DNA of 64,000 nt. It comes from Bdellovibrionota bacterium (lineage in GTDB: Bacteria > Bdellovibrionota > UBA2428). This document shows, one piece after another, positions 29,346-38,865 of the stretch (positions within the stretch are counted from its first letter, which is position 1; every line of letters starts with the position of its first letter). Location: assembly GCA_041391385.1 (NCBI GenBank), contig JAWKOD010000005.1:67071-131070 (forward strand). Reading direction: 5' to 3'. The position numbers and the translations under genes are program-made. Under the pieces are notes generated by a model, which was not told the origin of the DNA, made no database searches, and was given only the letters and a program-made list of their open reading frames with translations.

Positions 29346-29731
29346 GCACCTTTGTTGAAAAGCTGAGTATACAGCAATCTGACATAAAGATTTTCGCAGA
29401 AGTAGCTGGAGACCCGAATCCTATTCATCAGAGCGATGAAGTGGCTCGTAAAATGGGTCTAGAGGGAGCCACTTGCTCACGGAATGTATGTGTATAGCTA
29501 CTTGTTGAGACGACTCGATGAGTGGATGTTGGATCAAAAACAGACGCATGCGAAAACTGGGAACTACTCAGTACACGCTGTCGTTTTCATGAGCCTGTCA
29601 TCGGAAAGACATTCGAATCAGTTTTGGAGTTGAGCGATGAAACTAAGGAAGATGCTAAGATGACTCTGACTTTTTATGGTGAAAACAAAACACGCCTTGT
29701 TCTTGTAGTGGCACGACTAAAGCGAATTTAA
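29342..29731 (+). pseudogene. MaoC-like (R)-specific enoyl-CoA hydratase/dehydratase, at least two frameshifts
   Basis: Frame a: MSTFVEKLSIQQSDIKIFAEVAGDPNPIHQSDEVARKMGLEG. Frame b: PLAHGMYVYSYLLRRLDEWM. Frame c: RCRFHEPVIGKTFESVLEL...VVARLKRI. Together these give the canonical GDxNPIHxD ... AHGM ... vrFxxPV layout. Confidence 0.6.
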
Positions 29732-30072
29732 AATTTATAAGTTTTTACACTAGTCTTTGATAGAGGAAATTTTTCTCTCGGGATCTTTGTCTTTGTCCTT
29801 GCTGACTTTTGTTCCAGTAGGTTGTCCTAAGAGTTCTCCCAAGTGAGCATAGATTCGGCGTCTTGTTTTAAGTGCGAGTTCAATAATCCATTTCCACCTT
29901 TGCCTTCAGCAAGAGTCGCGGCTCCACCTGCACCATTTAAATTTCCAAAGGGATCTTCAAAGCCAAGGAATCCATCGCCAAAAGGATTGTTGGGTGCTTC
30001 GCCTCCAGCATCTGCGCCACCTATGAATCCAGCTTTATCGGGTTGTAGGGGAGTGTGTAAGCGAGTCCTGGA

Positions 30073-31257
30073 TTATTCGTTTCGTAGGGATCTTCTAAAT
30101 CCCCATCCTGCTTTGCCGTCTCCATCCCCTCCACCTCCAGCACCACTTGGGGCTGCGCCACCAGCACTGCCACCAGAGTCACCACCGGCACCTTGGTTGA
30201 GGTTGTTAAAGGGGTTGTCGGGACTTTTAAATTGAGTTGCAGCGACAGCGCTACCTACACCACCAAGTGTTGGGAGGCCATTGCCTTCGTCCACATTGAG
30301 AAGTGCTTTGCTTTGTACGCTATTGGGAATATTAACTTTAAACTGAGCAAATTGTTTTGCAAGACGCGCGCGATCTGAAGCTAATTGCTTGTCGATATTT
30401 GCGAGTTGTCTGTCGATTTCGGCGGCTTCGTCTTGAACACCTTGTTTGCAGGAATCGTAGCTCATTCCGTTTAAACGGTTGGCATCTTCGAGACCTGCCT
30501 CAGCTGCTTTTTTGCCTTGGCTATAGCCGTAATAGTTTACGCCTAAGGCAGCTGCTGCGAGTGCCATGTTGAGTCCGTTGCCGCCAGCAGCTTTTTCAGC
30601 CTGAGTAGCTATGTCTATTTCTCGCTTAGCTTGGTTTGATGTGATGAGTAATGAGTTAGCAGCATTTTGACAATTTGCATCTGGGGGTGGAATCGCTGTA
30701 GCAATTTCAGTGGTTCTAGTTTTAATTCGTGCAAGTTTACTCTTATCTGTACTTTGTACGCCCGTAAAATTAAGGATTTGAGCATCGGATGTTTTGCAGG
30801 CAACTTGGAATCGAGTGACTGCCGCATTTTGATCTGAAACAGCTGCCTCTCTCTGTGATTGAGCTTCTTCTTTACCTAACTTGTTCGCGCTATCAAAATT
30901 TTGCAAGAGGGGGGTGAGTCCTTGCTGAGCTCCCTGAATAAGTTGATTGGTGGCTTGTTGATTGGCTTGGTCAGCTTGTTGCTGAGCTTGGATTTCAGCT
31001 TCATTTTTTTGGATAAAACAATTTTGTAATTCTCGGTTGAGGCTATTTCTTCTTGAAAGAAGTCCTTCTTTGGCCTGGTTGGCAGAGCTGTTTAATTCTG
31101 TGAGTTGGTCTTCGTAGGCATTTTGCGCTTGTTGTTGAGCTTCTTGAGCTGCAATAACGGGATCGTCTGAAAAGTTTCCAGTTGTTTGTGCCTCAAGCAT
31201 AGAGCTGAAGGAATAAATGAGCACGACGCTCATAAGAGCGCCAATAGAGAACTTCAT
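30073..31257 (-). CDS. secreted Gln-rich coiled-coil / Gly-rich protein, unknown function
   Basis: Signal MKFSIGALMSVVLIYSFSSMLEA, then Q/A/N-rich heptad-like regions and a Gly-rich C-terminus. The frame stays open for a further 81 codons after the TAA (see findings). Confidence 0.65.
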   Translation of the reverse strand: MKFSIGALMSVVLIYSFSSMLEAQTTGNFSDDPVIAAQEAQQQAQNAYEDQLTELNSSANQAKEGLLSRRNSLNRELQNCFIQKNEAEIQAQQQADQANQQATNQLIQGAQQGLTPLLQNFDSANKLGKEEAQSQREAAVSDQNAAVTRFQVACKTSDAQILNFTGVQSTDKSKLARIKTRTTEIATAIPPPDANCQNAANSLLITSNQAKREIDIATQAEKAAGGNGLNMALAAAALGVNYYGYSQGKKAAEAGLEDANRLNGMSYDSCKQGVQDEAAEIDRQLANIDKQLASDRARLAKQFAQFKVNIPNSVQSKALLNVDEGNGLPTLGGVGSAVAATQFKSPDNPFNNLNQGAGGDSGGSAGGAAPSGAGGGGDGDGKAGWGFRRSLRNE

Positions 31258-31518
31258 AGTTATATCATCGCCCTTTTTCGTAACTTAATATGTTAAATCT
31301 TTGTTAAGACGGCATTTTATATGGCATTTGTTTTGTCATTTTTTCAGCTCTAAGTTCTTCAGACTATAGGGAAATTCTTTGTTAATCTAACGCTTGGTTT
31401 TATAATGTATCCCTTTCAGGGTGATTGGGTCATATTGCGTAGAGATTCAAATAGATTTGAAGAAGCGAGTGTTCCTGAAACTCAAAGTCCCCAAATAATC
31501 TACTTTGTATTTTGATGG

Positions 31519-31558
31519 AAAACCCCTCCTGGTGGAGCCCTCCATGGCTCCGGGGTTT
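31519..31558 (-). terminator. nested hairpin 3' of gene 31579..32385
   Basis: On the minus strand, AAACCCC-GGAGCC-ATGGAG-GGCTCC-ACCAGGA-GGGGTTTT followed by a T-rich tract. Confidence 0.5.
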
Positions 31559-31578
31559 CTAGAAAGCTCCTAGCTTTT

Positions 31579-32385
31579 CTAAACAACAGCGGGCTCTTCA
31601 CCCGATGTTGGCAATGCCTCTTCTTGTGGGCCACTCGCTTCTTCTGAAGTAGAAGCTGTATCTGATCCGTGGTCTACTGCTTCACTACTGTCGTCTTCCA
31701 TGTCATCGCCTGAATCGCTATCGTCAAACGAAGACTCGGCAACATATGAGTCTTTTTTATCTTTATTTTTTTGCATGGCTTTTCCAATGAAAATACCAAC
31801 CACAAGGGCAACTGCACCTATTAGAAGCAATTTCATCCAAGGGGCCATAGCAGCGTGAGCGCTCGGAATTCCAAATAGATTCATACTTTCTAGAAACGAA
31901 AGTTGCTCACCTTTTTGAAGTTCCTTAAGAATAATTTGGATATTTTCGTGGATAGCTTTATTTGGATCTACTTTAAAAGTGTGCTTTCCAAAGCGAAAAG
32001 TGTTCTTTTCTGAATCAACTACTTCTAAGCTAAGAAGAAGATCTTTCGAGCCTTCGTTCATGTCATAGACTTGTATAGTGTTGTCTTTAACTTCAAAGCG
32101 AGGAAGCACTTTCATAGCGGCAAATTGTAAGGATAAAAACCCACGCTCAGCTGTACTGAGCTTTCTTCCCATGAGTTTTTCAAAAGAGCTGAGAATATCA
32201 GCTGTTTTTTGTTTTGCTTGAGAGTTGGCATTGAATTTTTTACTTAGGCCATCGAGTACTTGTACGTCTTTCATGAGCTGTGGATTGCCTGTGAAACTTT
32301 GTGCCGCAGCCGCCTGATAGATATTTACATTCATAAGTAAAATCATAAATCCTGCTGTAAAACGTTTTGAAAAATCTTTTTTCAT
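31579..32385 (-). CDS. exported, C-terminally TM-anchored protein with acidic tail (paralogue A of a divergent pair)
   Basis: Signal peptide; ..SFLESMNLFGIPSAHAAMAPWMKLLLIGAVALVVGIFIG TM; D/E/S-rich tail. Confidence 0.65.
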   Translation of the reverse strand: MKKDFSKRFTAGFMILLMNVNIYQAAAAQSFTGNPQLMKDVQVLDGLSKKFNANSQAKQKTADILSSFEKLMGRKLSTAERGFLSLQFAAMKVLPRFEVKDNTIQVYDMNEGSKDLLLSLEVVDSEKNTFRFGKHTFKVDPNKAIHENIQIILKELQKGEQLSFLESMNLFGIPSAHAAMAPWMKLLLIGAVALVVGIFIGKAMQKNKDKKDSYVAESSFDDSDSGDDMEDDSSEAVDHGSDTASTSEEASGPQEEALPTSGEEPAVV

Positions 32386-32606
32386 GTTCTTTTGTTTCTC
32401 CCCAGAGCGTTGTGTGCTGACGTCAACTAATCGGCTCTTTATTCAGAGTCTCAAATTATTAAGATCTTAACAATTCGTCTTTTGCTGATTCTGGAGCTCA
32501 TTTAGCTCTATTTTGCAGGCACTTGTACAAAATTTAGGCACTAAATAACTCACTTTGACCTCTTTACATGCTTATAAGGAGTGCTTCTTCGAGTTACTCT
32601 AAGAGT

Positions 32607-33347
32607 ATGAAAAAGAATTTTTTAACTCAGTTGTTTAGTCTTACCTTAATGATTGGGATGTTCGTGCAAGGCTTTGGTCTACTCAGTCCAATGCAATACT
32701 TAAACGCAGGGGCAGTTGCTAAAGACTTTCCAGATGCATCATATATAAAGATTTGGAACCAAGAGGCTTCTAAGTGGCCAAAGATTAAAAGTGGTAGTGA
32801 TTTAGATCGAGCGGCTAAAAAACTTAAAGTGGGTTTTAACTCTCGCTTTGATGATACGGATCGCAGGTTTTGGTTTTCGTACATGATTCAGATTCAAGAA
32901 ATGCCTCACCTTAAACAAGCGGGTGACGCTTATGAGTTTTGGTCGCCTAACAATAAAGAAAAGTTAATGAGCTTTAAAGTAGAAGGCGAGAAGTATACTT
33001 TTGAAGGTGGCTCTTTTGTTTACAATAAAGAAGAGTCTCTTGAGAAAAACTTTGTCCGCTTAAAGAAAGTACTTCGAAAAAATGAAGTTTCGTTTTTTGA
33101 GTCTTTCTTTTTACCTCGTGCTCAAGCAGGAGGCTTCCCTTGGTTGGCTATTGGTGCAGCAGCCCTTACGTTTATTGTTGTTCGTGGTTTTCAAACAGAC
33201 TGGCAGAACTTTAAAAGCGCAGGAGATAAGCATCAGCTCGCTAAAGATGAATTGAAAAAGGGTAACATTGGTGACGCTGCTAAAAATGATTTAAATGCTG
33301 TTGGAACTCTTTTTACAGATGGTTCTAACGGAGAGGCTAAACACTAA
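32607..33347 (+). CDS. exported, C-terminally TM-anchored protein (paralogue B of a divergent pair)
   Basis: MKKNFLTQLFSLTLMIGMFVQG signal; ..SFFESFFLPRAQAGGFPWLAIGAAALTFIVV TM. Collinear similarity to the 31579..32385 product. Confidence 0.6.
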   Translation: MKKNFLTQLFSLTLMIGMFVQGFGLLSPMQYLNAGAVAKDFPDASYIKIWNQEASKWPKIKSGSDLDRAAKKLKVGFNSRFDDTDRRFWFSYMIQIQEMPHLKQAGDAYEFWSPNNKEKLMSFKVEGEKYTFEGGSFVYNKEESLEKNFVRLKKVLRKNEVSFFESFFLPRAQAGGFPWLAIGAAALTFIVVRGFQTDWQNFKSAGDKHQLAKDELKKGNIGDAAKNDLNAVGTLFTDGSNGEAKH

Positions 33348-33362
33348 GCGCATTGTGCGCTT
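33346..33362. terminator. short GC hairpin between convergent genes
   Basis: AAGCGCA-TTG-TGCGCTT overlapping both stop codons. Short stem, so weak. Confidence 0.35.
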
Positions 33363-34621
33363 TAGATATACTCCGGTAAGATTTTCTTGCCGAGTTCAAC
33401 GCCTGGTTGATTAAAGGGATTCACTTCAAATGCGGCTCCTACTAATGCCGTGATATCCATCCAGAAGGCCATGAAGTCACCAAGGCTTTCTTCTGATATT
33501 TGATCGAGGTGCAAGGCATAAGTACTGCGCTCTGACTTAATAAGGGATTGTCGTGTAGCGAGACCCTGGGCCTGCAGGAGTTGGTGCCAGCTTTTGTTTT
33601 CTGCAAAAGCAATTTTTTTCGCAAAGAGAGGGTCGAGCTTCTTTACTTCAATATCGTTTTGATTTTTTTCAACGAATACAAACCCTGTGTAAGCATCATT
33701 GCGACCTTCGGTCATTTGTTGCAATACAGAGTGCTGGTCCACGGCTCCTGTAGCCGGGCAGGCAAATGCTCCCACAAAGTTAGAACCTTTTTTCTTCCCA
33801 AGGCTCTCACTCCAAAGTTGCTTCCACCAAGAGCCAATTTCTTTCAAGCGCGAGGAGTAAAACCATTGTGAATGTACGTTTAAGTTTGCAGTGTCAAAAT
33901 CGGCAAAGCGAAGAGCGAGTTCAATAACGTCTTCACTTGGAAAGTGCTCAAATCTTTTTTCAAATCCGGCTACAAAAGCTTTCGTGTCGATTCCGCAAAA
34001 AGCCAAAGGAAAAGTGCCCACGACGCTTGTTACACTCCATCTTCCACCGAGTAGAGGGTCCATCTTTAAAAGAGGCACAGAGTTTTCTTGAGCCCAGCTT
34101 GCGAGTGGAGCTTTGGATTCAGCATCACTAATGGCAACAAAATGCTCGCTGATTTTTAGCCCAGCTGTAGTAAATCTTTCTGTATAGTGCTGAAGGGATA
34201 CAAGCGTTTCTAAGGTATTACCGCTTTTAGAAATAGCAATGAGTGCAGTTTCTTTGAGCTCATCATCGTTTAGCTTGGGTAAATCTGTTGCATCGAGGTT
34301 TTCAATAAAGAAAATTTCTCGATCTATTTTGGGGCGTAAAGCATCAACAACCGCTTTGCTTCCAAGTGAAGAGCCTCCTGTGCCGAGCACGATGAGTCGC
34401 TTAAATTTTGAGCGAAAGTTTTTTGCGAGGTTTATCGATTTTTCAAAATCTAATTTAAAGCTTTTAGCGCAGCGATAAGAACTTAGTTTCTGATCAGAAT
34501 CCCCATGAGATTCTTTTTTGAAACGGTCTAAAATTTTATCCTTGTGTGTACTGTGCACTTTGGGCATTTCAAAAACACAAGTTGTTGTATAAAGCTCAGA
34601 AGCATCAATTTTTAAAGTCAT
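33362..34621 (-). CDS. pgi: glucose-6-phosphate isomerase (short bacterial/archaeal-type)
   Basis: LGTGGSSLGSKA, ISKSGNTLET, SIS-domain layout, ~420 aa. Confidence 0.8.
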   Translation of the reverse strand: MTLKIDASELYTTTCVFEMPKVHSTHKDKILDRFKKESHGDSDQKLSSYRCAKSFKLDFEKSINLAKNFRSKFKRLIVLGTGGSSLGSKAVVDALRPKIDREIFFIENLDATDLPKLNDDELKETALIAISKSGNTLETLVSLQHYTERFTTAGLKISEHFVAISDAESKAPLASWAQENSVPLLKMDPLLGGRWSVTSVVGTFPLAFCGIDTKAFVAGFEKRFEHFPSEDVIELALRFADFDTANLNVHSQWFYSSRLKEIGSWWKQLWSESLGKKKGSNFVGAFACPATGAVDQHSVLQQMTEGRNDAYTGFVFVEKNQNDIEVKKLDPLFAKKIAFAENKSWHQLLQAQGLATRQSLIKSERSTYALHLDQISEESLGDFMAFWMDITALVGAAFEVNPFNQPGVELGKKILPEYI

Positions 34622-35788
34622 CTATTCCATTCCCGGCACGTAGCCCTTGGCGAGTTGTTTGGCCAAAATGATACGCATCACTTCGTTCGTGCCTGCGCCA
34701 ATTTCCATTAACTTTGCATCTCGGAGGTAGCGCTCTACTGGGTATTCCTTGGTGTAGCCATAGCCACCCAGAAGTTGAATACCGTCGAGAGCAATTTTTG
34801 TGGCGCGGTGGGCGGCAAAAAGTTTTGCGCTTGTCCCAAGCATAAGAGCTTCGGTGTCGGCCAACCCTTTGCGTTCAATTGCCGCTGCGGCTTCGTAGGT
34901 GAGGCTGCGTGAAGCGAGGTATTCTGCCGTAGCATCGGCTAACATTTTTTGAACCATTTGGAAGTCAAACAAAGCTTTTCCAAATTGTTTGCGATCGAGA
35001 GTGTATTTTGTACAGTAATCAATTGTCGCTCGCGCAATACCGAGAGAAATTCCTACGATAGTGACACGTTCAAGGAGTAGGTTACGATTCATGTGCGCAA
35101 TACTTGAAGCTTCTTCGCCTACACGATTGGCCACAGGAACTTTGCAGTTTTCAAAAATAAGTTCACTTGTGGGAGAAGCGCGCATTCCAAACTTATTGAG
35201 CTTTTTGCCTACAGAAAATCCTGGAGTGCCTTTTTCTACGATGAATGTTGTGATGTCTTTTTTGCTGGGGCCTGTTTTTGCGTAGACCCAGAAAAAGTCA
35301 GCATAGGGGCCATTTGTGATCCACATTTTTGTGCCGTTAAGCACGTAAAAATCATCTTCTTTTTTGGCCTGAAGTTGCAGCCCAAAGGCATCGCTCCCAG
35401 CACCGGGTTCACTGATGGCCATAGCGCCAATCCACTCTCCAGAGCAAAGCTTGGGGAGGTATTTTTTCTTTTGTTCAGGTGAGCCATTTTGACTCAAATT
35501 GTTAACGGCTAAAATAGAGTGTGCCAGATAAGAGAGGGTGGTGGAGGCGCATTCGGCCCCGAGTTCTTCCATGACAAGGGTGGCGGCAATGGCTCCGAGG
35601 CCAGCTCCCCCATGCTCTGGATCAGCCGTAACGCCGAGGAGGCCCATATCTCCCAATTTCTTGAGGGCCTCGTGGTTAAACCCCTGTTCTTCGTCTAGTT
35701 TTTCGGCCAATGGCTTAAGTTCTGACTGAGCAAAGCGACGAACGCTATCTCGGAGTTGAATGTGAATATCTTCAAAGAAAAGACTCAT
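34622..35788 (-). CDS. acyl-CoA dehydrogenase (isovaleryl/short-chain type)
   Basis: AMAISEPGAGSD, WITNGP, C-terminal catalytic-Glu region MEIGAGTNEVMR, 388 aa. Abuts pgi with no gap. Confidence 0.9.
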   Translation of the reverse strand: MSLFFEDIHIQLRDSVRRFAQSELKPLAEKLDEEQGFNHEALKKLGDMGLLGVTADPEHGGAGLGAIAATLVMEELGAECASTTLSYLAHSILAVNNLSQNGSPEQKKKYLPKLCSGEWIGAMAISEPGAGSDAFGLQLQAKKEDDFYVLNGTKMWITNGPYADFFWVYAKTGPSKKDITTFIVEKGTPGFSVGKKLNKFGMRASPTSELIFENCKVPVANRVGEEASSIAHMNRNLLLERVTIVGISLGIARATIDYCTKYTLDRKQFGKALFDFQMVQKMLADATAEYLASRSLTYEAAAAIERKGLADTEALMLGTSAKLFAAHRATKIALDGIQLLGGYGYTKEYPVERYLRDAKLMEIGAGTNEVMRIILAKQLAKGYVPGME

Positions 35789-35831
35789 AGTGATTTTCTA
35801 ATCCTTCTCGTGGGATTAGGCTAGGCGAGTA

Positions 35832-36956
35832 ATGAAAACTCATAGCAAGATTAGCAATTCAGTAGAAGATCTCGTGGGGCAAACTCCACTTATTAGGCTC
35901 AATGCCTCTCTTCGGGACGTTCCGGCGGGCTTGTGGCTCAAAAAGGAAAAGGGCATTGAAAATCATGGTTCTCTCCATGGTGAAATCCTTACAAAAGTAG
36001 AGTTCTTTAACCCGGGCGGAAGCGTCAAAGATCGCATTGCAATTCATATTTTGAATAAAGCCGAAGAGCGCGGCGAAATTAAGCCAGGAGCAACTGTTGT
36101 TGAGGCCACTTCTGGGAATACAGGAGCGGGGCTTGCCATGATAGCGGCTCGAAGAGGGTACAAGGCCATTTTGGTAATGCCTGATAAAATGTCTGCAGAA
36201 AAAATCAACGCCCTCAGGGCTTATGGGGCTAAAGTTGTGATTACTCCCACTGCAGTGCTTCCTGAAGATCCTAAAAGTAATTACCGAGTTGCAGAGCGCT
36301 TGGCGAAAGAAATTCCAAATGCCTTCCTCGCCAACCAGTATCAGAATCCAGACAACCCAGAGGCTCACTATTTAAGCACAGGTCCCGAAATCTGGGAGCA
36401 ATGTGATGGCAAGCTCGATTATTTCTTCTGTGGTCTAGGAACAGGTGGAACAGCAAGCGGGACCGCTAAATTTTTAAAGGAAAAAAATCCCAAGATTAAA
36501 CTTATCGGAATTGATCCTGTAGGAAGCCTTTATTACGAAAACATTAAAACGGGTAAGGGTACTGGCGCTAAAACTTATCTCACGGAAGGGATCGGAGAGG
36601 ATTTTATTCCAGGAACTATTGACCTTAAGTTAGTTGATGACGCTGTTTATGTGAGTGATGCCGAATCTTTTTCTGCAGCACGTATGCTTGCGCAAAAAGA
36701 GGGACTTCTTGTTGGTGGATCTTGTGGCTCAGCTTTTTATGGAGCGGCTCAGTACTTGCGCTATCTCGAAGAGAAAGAGAGCATTAAAGATTACCGTGCT
36801 GTCGTTTTAATTCCTGATTCTGGAAGTCGTTATCTCTCAAAAGTGTTTAACGATCCTTGGCTGGCAGAAAAAAATGTGTCGACACAATGGAACGATTTAA
36901 CTTTAGGCGGCGACGTGGAATACGTTGACGGCTCAAAAAAAATTGCAGGTGTTTAG
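35832..36956 (+). CDS. PLP-dependent cystathionine beta-synthase / cysteine synthase family protein
   Basis: PLP-lysine region FFNPGGSVKDRIA, ATSGNTGAGLA, GTGGTASG. No Bateman domain. Confidence 0.85.
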   Translation: MKTHSKISNSVEDLVGQTPLIRLNASLRDVPAGLWLKKEKGIENHGSLHGEILTKVEFFNPGGSVKDRIAIHILNKAEERGEIKPGATVVEATSGNTGAGLAMIAARRGYKAILVMPDKMSAEKINALRAYGAKVVITPTAVLPEDPKSNYRVAERLAKEIPNAFLANQYQNPDNPEAHYLSTGPEIWEQCDGKLDYFFCGLGTGGTASGTAKFLKEKNPKIKLIGIDPVGSLYYENIKTGKGTGAKTYLTEGIGEDFIPGTIDLKLVDDAVYVSDAESFSAARMLAQKEGLLVGGSCGSAFYGAAQYLRYLEEKESIKDYRAVVLIPDSGSRYLSKVFNDPWLAEKNVSTQWNDLTLGGDVEYVDGSKKIAGV

Positions 36957-38156
36957 ATGAAAATTCAAGGCAATACAAAAGAACGCATTCAGAAGTTTGA
37001 AAAATATAAGCAAGAAACACTTGCGATACACGGAGGGCAATCTCCTGATCCGATTACTGGGGCCGTAATGCCTCCTCTTTATCAGACCTCTACTTATGCA
37101 CAAACAGAGCCCTCTAAGCCCATTGGAGAGTATGAATATACGCGCTCACATAATCCAACTCGAAGAACCTTAGAGGATTGTGTGGCTTTAATTGAAGGTG
37201 GGACTTATGCACTCGCAACTTGCAGTGGAATGAGTGCCACACAGCTTGTAATGGGTTTGCTTGCGCCAGGCGATGAGGTTTTGTGTGGAGATGACGTTTA
37301 CGGTGGCACTTACCGCTTGCTGACAACTGTGCTTAAAAAAACAGGCCTGCAAACAAAGTTTCTAAACTTTGCAGAGCTCGAAAAAAATCCTAATTACCTA
37401 AAGGAAAACGCTTCTTCCAAAACGAAGCTTGTTTGGCTTGAAACTCCTACGAATCCCCTTTTAAAGCTTTTTGATATTCAAAAGATTTCAAAAATCTGCA
37501 AAGAAAACGGCTGGCTTCTCTGCGTGGACAATACATTTATGTCTCCGATCTTTCAGCGTCCCCTCTCTTTAGGGGCAGATATTGTTGTGCATTCAATGAC
37601 CAAGTACATCGGTGGACACAGTGATACAGTAGCTGGAGTGGTTGTAACTTCGAGTGATCAGCTGGCAGATCAGCTGTATCGAGATCAAAACTCTGTGGGA
37701 TATATTTGTTCGCCCTTTGATTCGTGGTTACTTTTGAGAAGCATAAAAACCTTGCCTATACGCATGCGCGCTCACCAGACAAATGCATTGGCTCTTGCAG
37801 AGTGGTTAGAAAAAAATCCTAAAATTGAAAAAACAATTTATCCGGGATTAAAATCGCACCCTCAACACGCGCTTGCTCAAGAGCAGATGAGTGGCTTTGG
37901 TGGAATGATTAGTTTTTATCTCAAGGGCGATATGCAGGATGTGAAGAAATTTCTTTCAAAATTGAAAGTTGTTACTCTTGCTGAATCTTTGGGTGGAGTG
38001 GAAAGCTTGGTCAATCATCCGGCGAGTATGACCCACGCAAGTATTCCTGTAGATGTTCGAGCTAAGTTGGGCATTAGCGATACACTGATTCGCCTCAGTG
38101 TTGGGCTCGAGGACCTAGAGGATATTCAAAAAGATATAACTCAGGCGCTTCTTTGA
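36957..38156 (+). CDS. cystathionine gamma-lyase / gamma-synthase family (Cys/Met-metabolism PLP enzyme)
   Basis: YTRSHNPTR, HSMTKYIGGHSDTVAGVV (PLP Lys), ESLGGVESL. Starts 1 nt after the upstream stop. Confidence 0.85.
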   Translation: MKIQGNTKERIQKFEKYKQETLAIHGGQSPDPITGAVMPPLYQTSTYAQTEPSKPIGEYEYTRSHNPTRRTLEDCVALIEGGTYALATCSGMSATQLVMGLLAPGDEVLCGDDVYGGTYRLLTTVLKKTGLQTKFLNFAELEKNPNYLKENASSKTKLVWLETPTNPLLKLFDIQKISKICKENGWLLCVDNTFMSPIFQRPLSLGADIVVHSMTKYIGGHSDTVAGVVVTSSDQLADQLYRDQNSVGYICSPFDSWLLLRSIKTLPIRMRAHQTNALALAEWLEKNPKIEKTIYPGLKSHPQHALAQEQMSGFGGMISFYLKGDMQDVKKFLSKLKVVTLAESLGGVESLVNHPASMTHASIPVDVRAKLGISDTLIRLSVGLEDLEDIQKDITQALL

Positions 38157-38196
38157 TGATTGACATGATGCGTTAAAACGGGTATAGAAGAGATCG

Positions 38197-38865
38197 GTGA
38201 CAATATCCAAGTTTGATAAGAAGCTTCAAAAAACAATTATTTTCCTAATGTTTTCATTGGGTTGTTATGCTCAAGCCGCAAATATCCAGGATGAAAGAGT
38301 TGTGGATTTAAGCGAAGTTAGCGCAGAAGACATTACTTTAGCCCTGATAGCTGATCGCTCAGGAGGTGCCTTGAGCCTTAACTCTTTGGGGCAGTATGTT
38401 TTGAATGCATCGTTACGAATTCGAAGTCGTTCGAGTTTACGTTTAGAAAAAGCTGAACTTTATATTGGTCAATGGAATTTAACTTTAGAATCTTCAAAAC
38501 TTCATTTTGAAAATTTTAAGATACAAGCTTTTTCAAAAGAACAAGAGCCTAAGTCTGAGGCGGCTCAGGCTGGAAATCTTAAGGTTCTTGCCTTTAAGTC
38601 AGATGCGCAGGCTGTTGATGAAAATCCCATAGAAATTACAGGAAATTTAAATGCAATTCTTGTTGGGGGTGACTCTAAAAGCGGAGGCTCTATAGACTTG
38701 CCCGCAAGTGCTGTCTTTGAATTGAACCTTGAGTATGATTTACGCTCAGGTGGGCAGGGCGGAGTGAATGGCAGACTTAGCTATAGTCTCCAGGGAACTC
38801 ATGTCGCATATGAGCCCGATGGTGTAGAGTCTTCAGACCTCTCTCTTATATTCCCTGCTTCTTAG
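38197..38865 (+). CDS. hypothetical secreted protein
   Basis: 222-codon ORF, GTG start, signal TIIFLMFSLGCYAQA. No family recognised. Confidence 0.5.
   Translation: MTISKFDKKLQKTIIFLMFSLGCYAQAANIQDERVVDLSEVSAEDITLALIADRSGGALSLNSLGQYVLNASLRIRSRSSLRLEKAELYIGQWNLTLESSKLHFENFKIQAFSKEQEPKSEAAQAGNLKVLAFKSDAQAVDENPIEITGNLNAILVGGDSKSGGSIDLPASAVFELNLEYDLRSGGQGGVNGRLSYSLQGTHVAYEPDGVESSDLSLIFPAS

Noticed and set aside
29843-30235. 130-aa Pro/Ala-rich ORF on the plus strand
   Set aside because: It is the antisense shadow of the Gly-rich coding region of gene 30073..31257 and its open extension (GGN codons read as NCC = Pro/Ala). It has no start context.
35859-36368. 169-aa minus-strand ORF
   Set aside because: It is antisense to the PLP-dependent cystathionine beta-synthase-like gene, which has clear family motifs.
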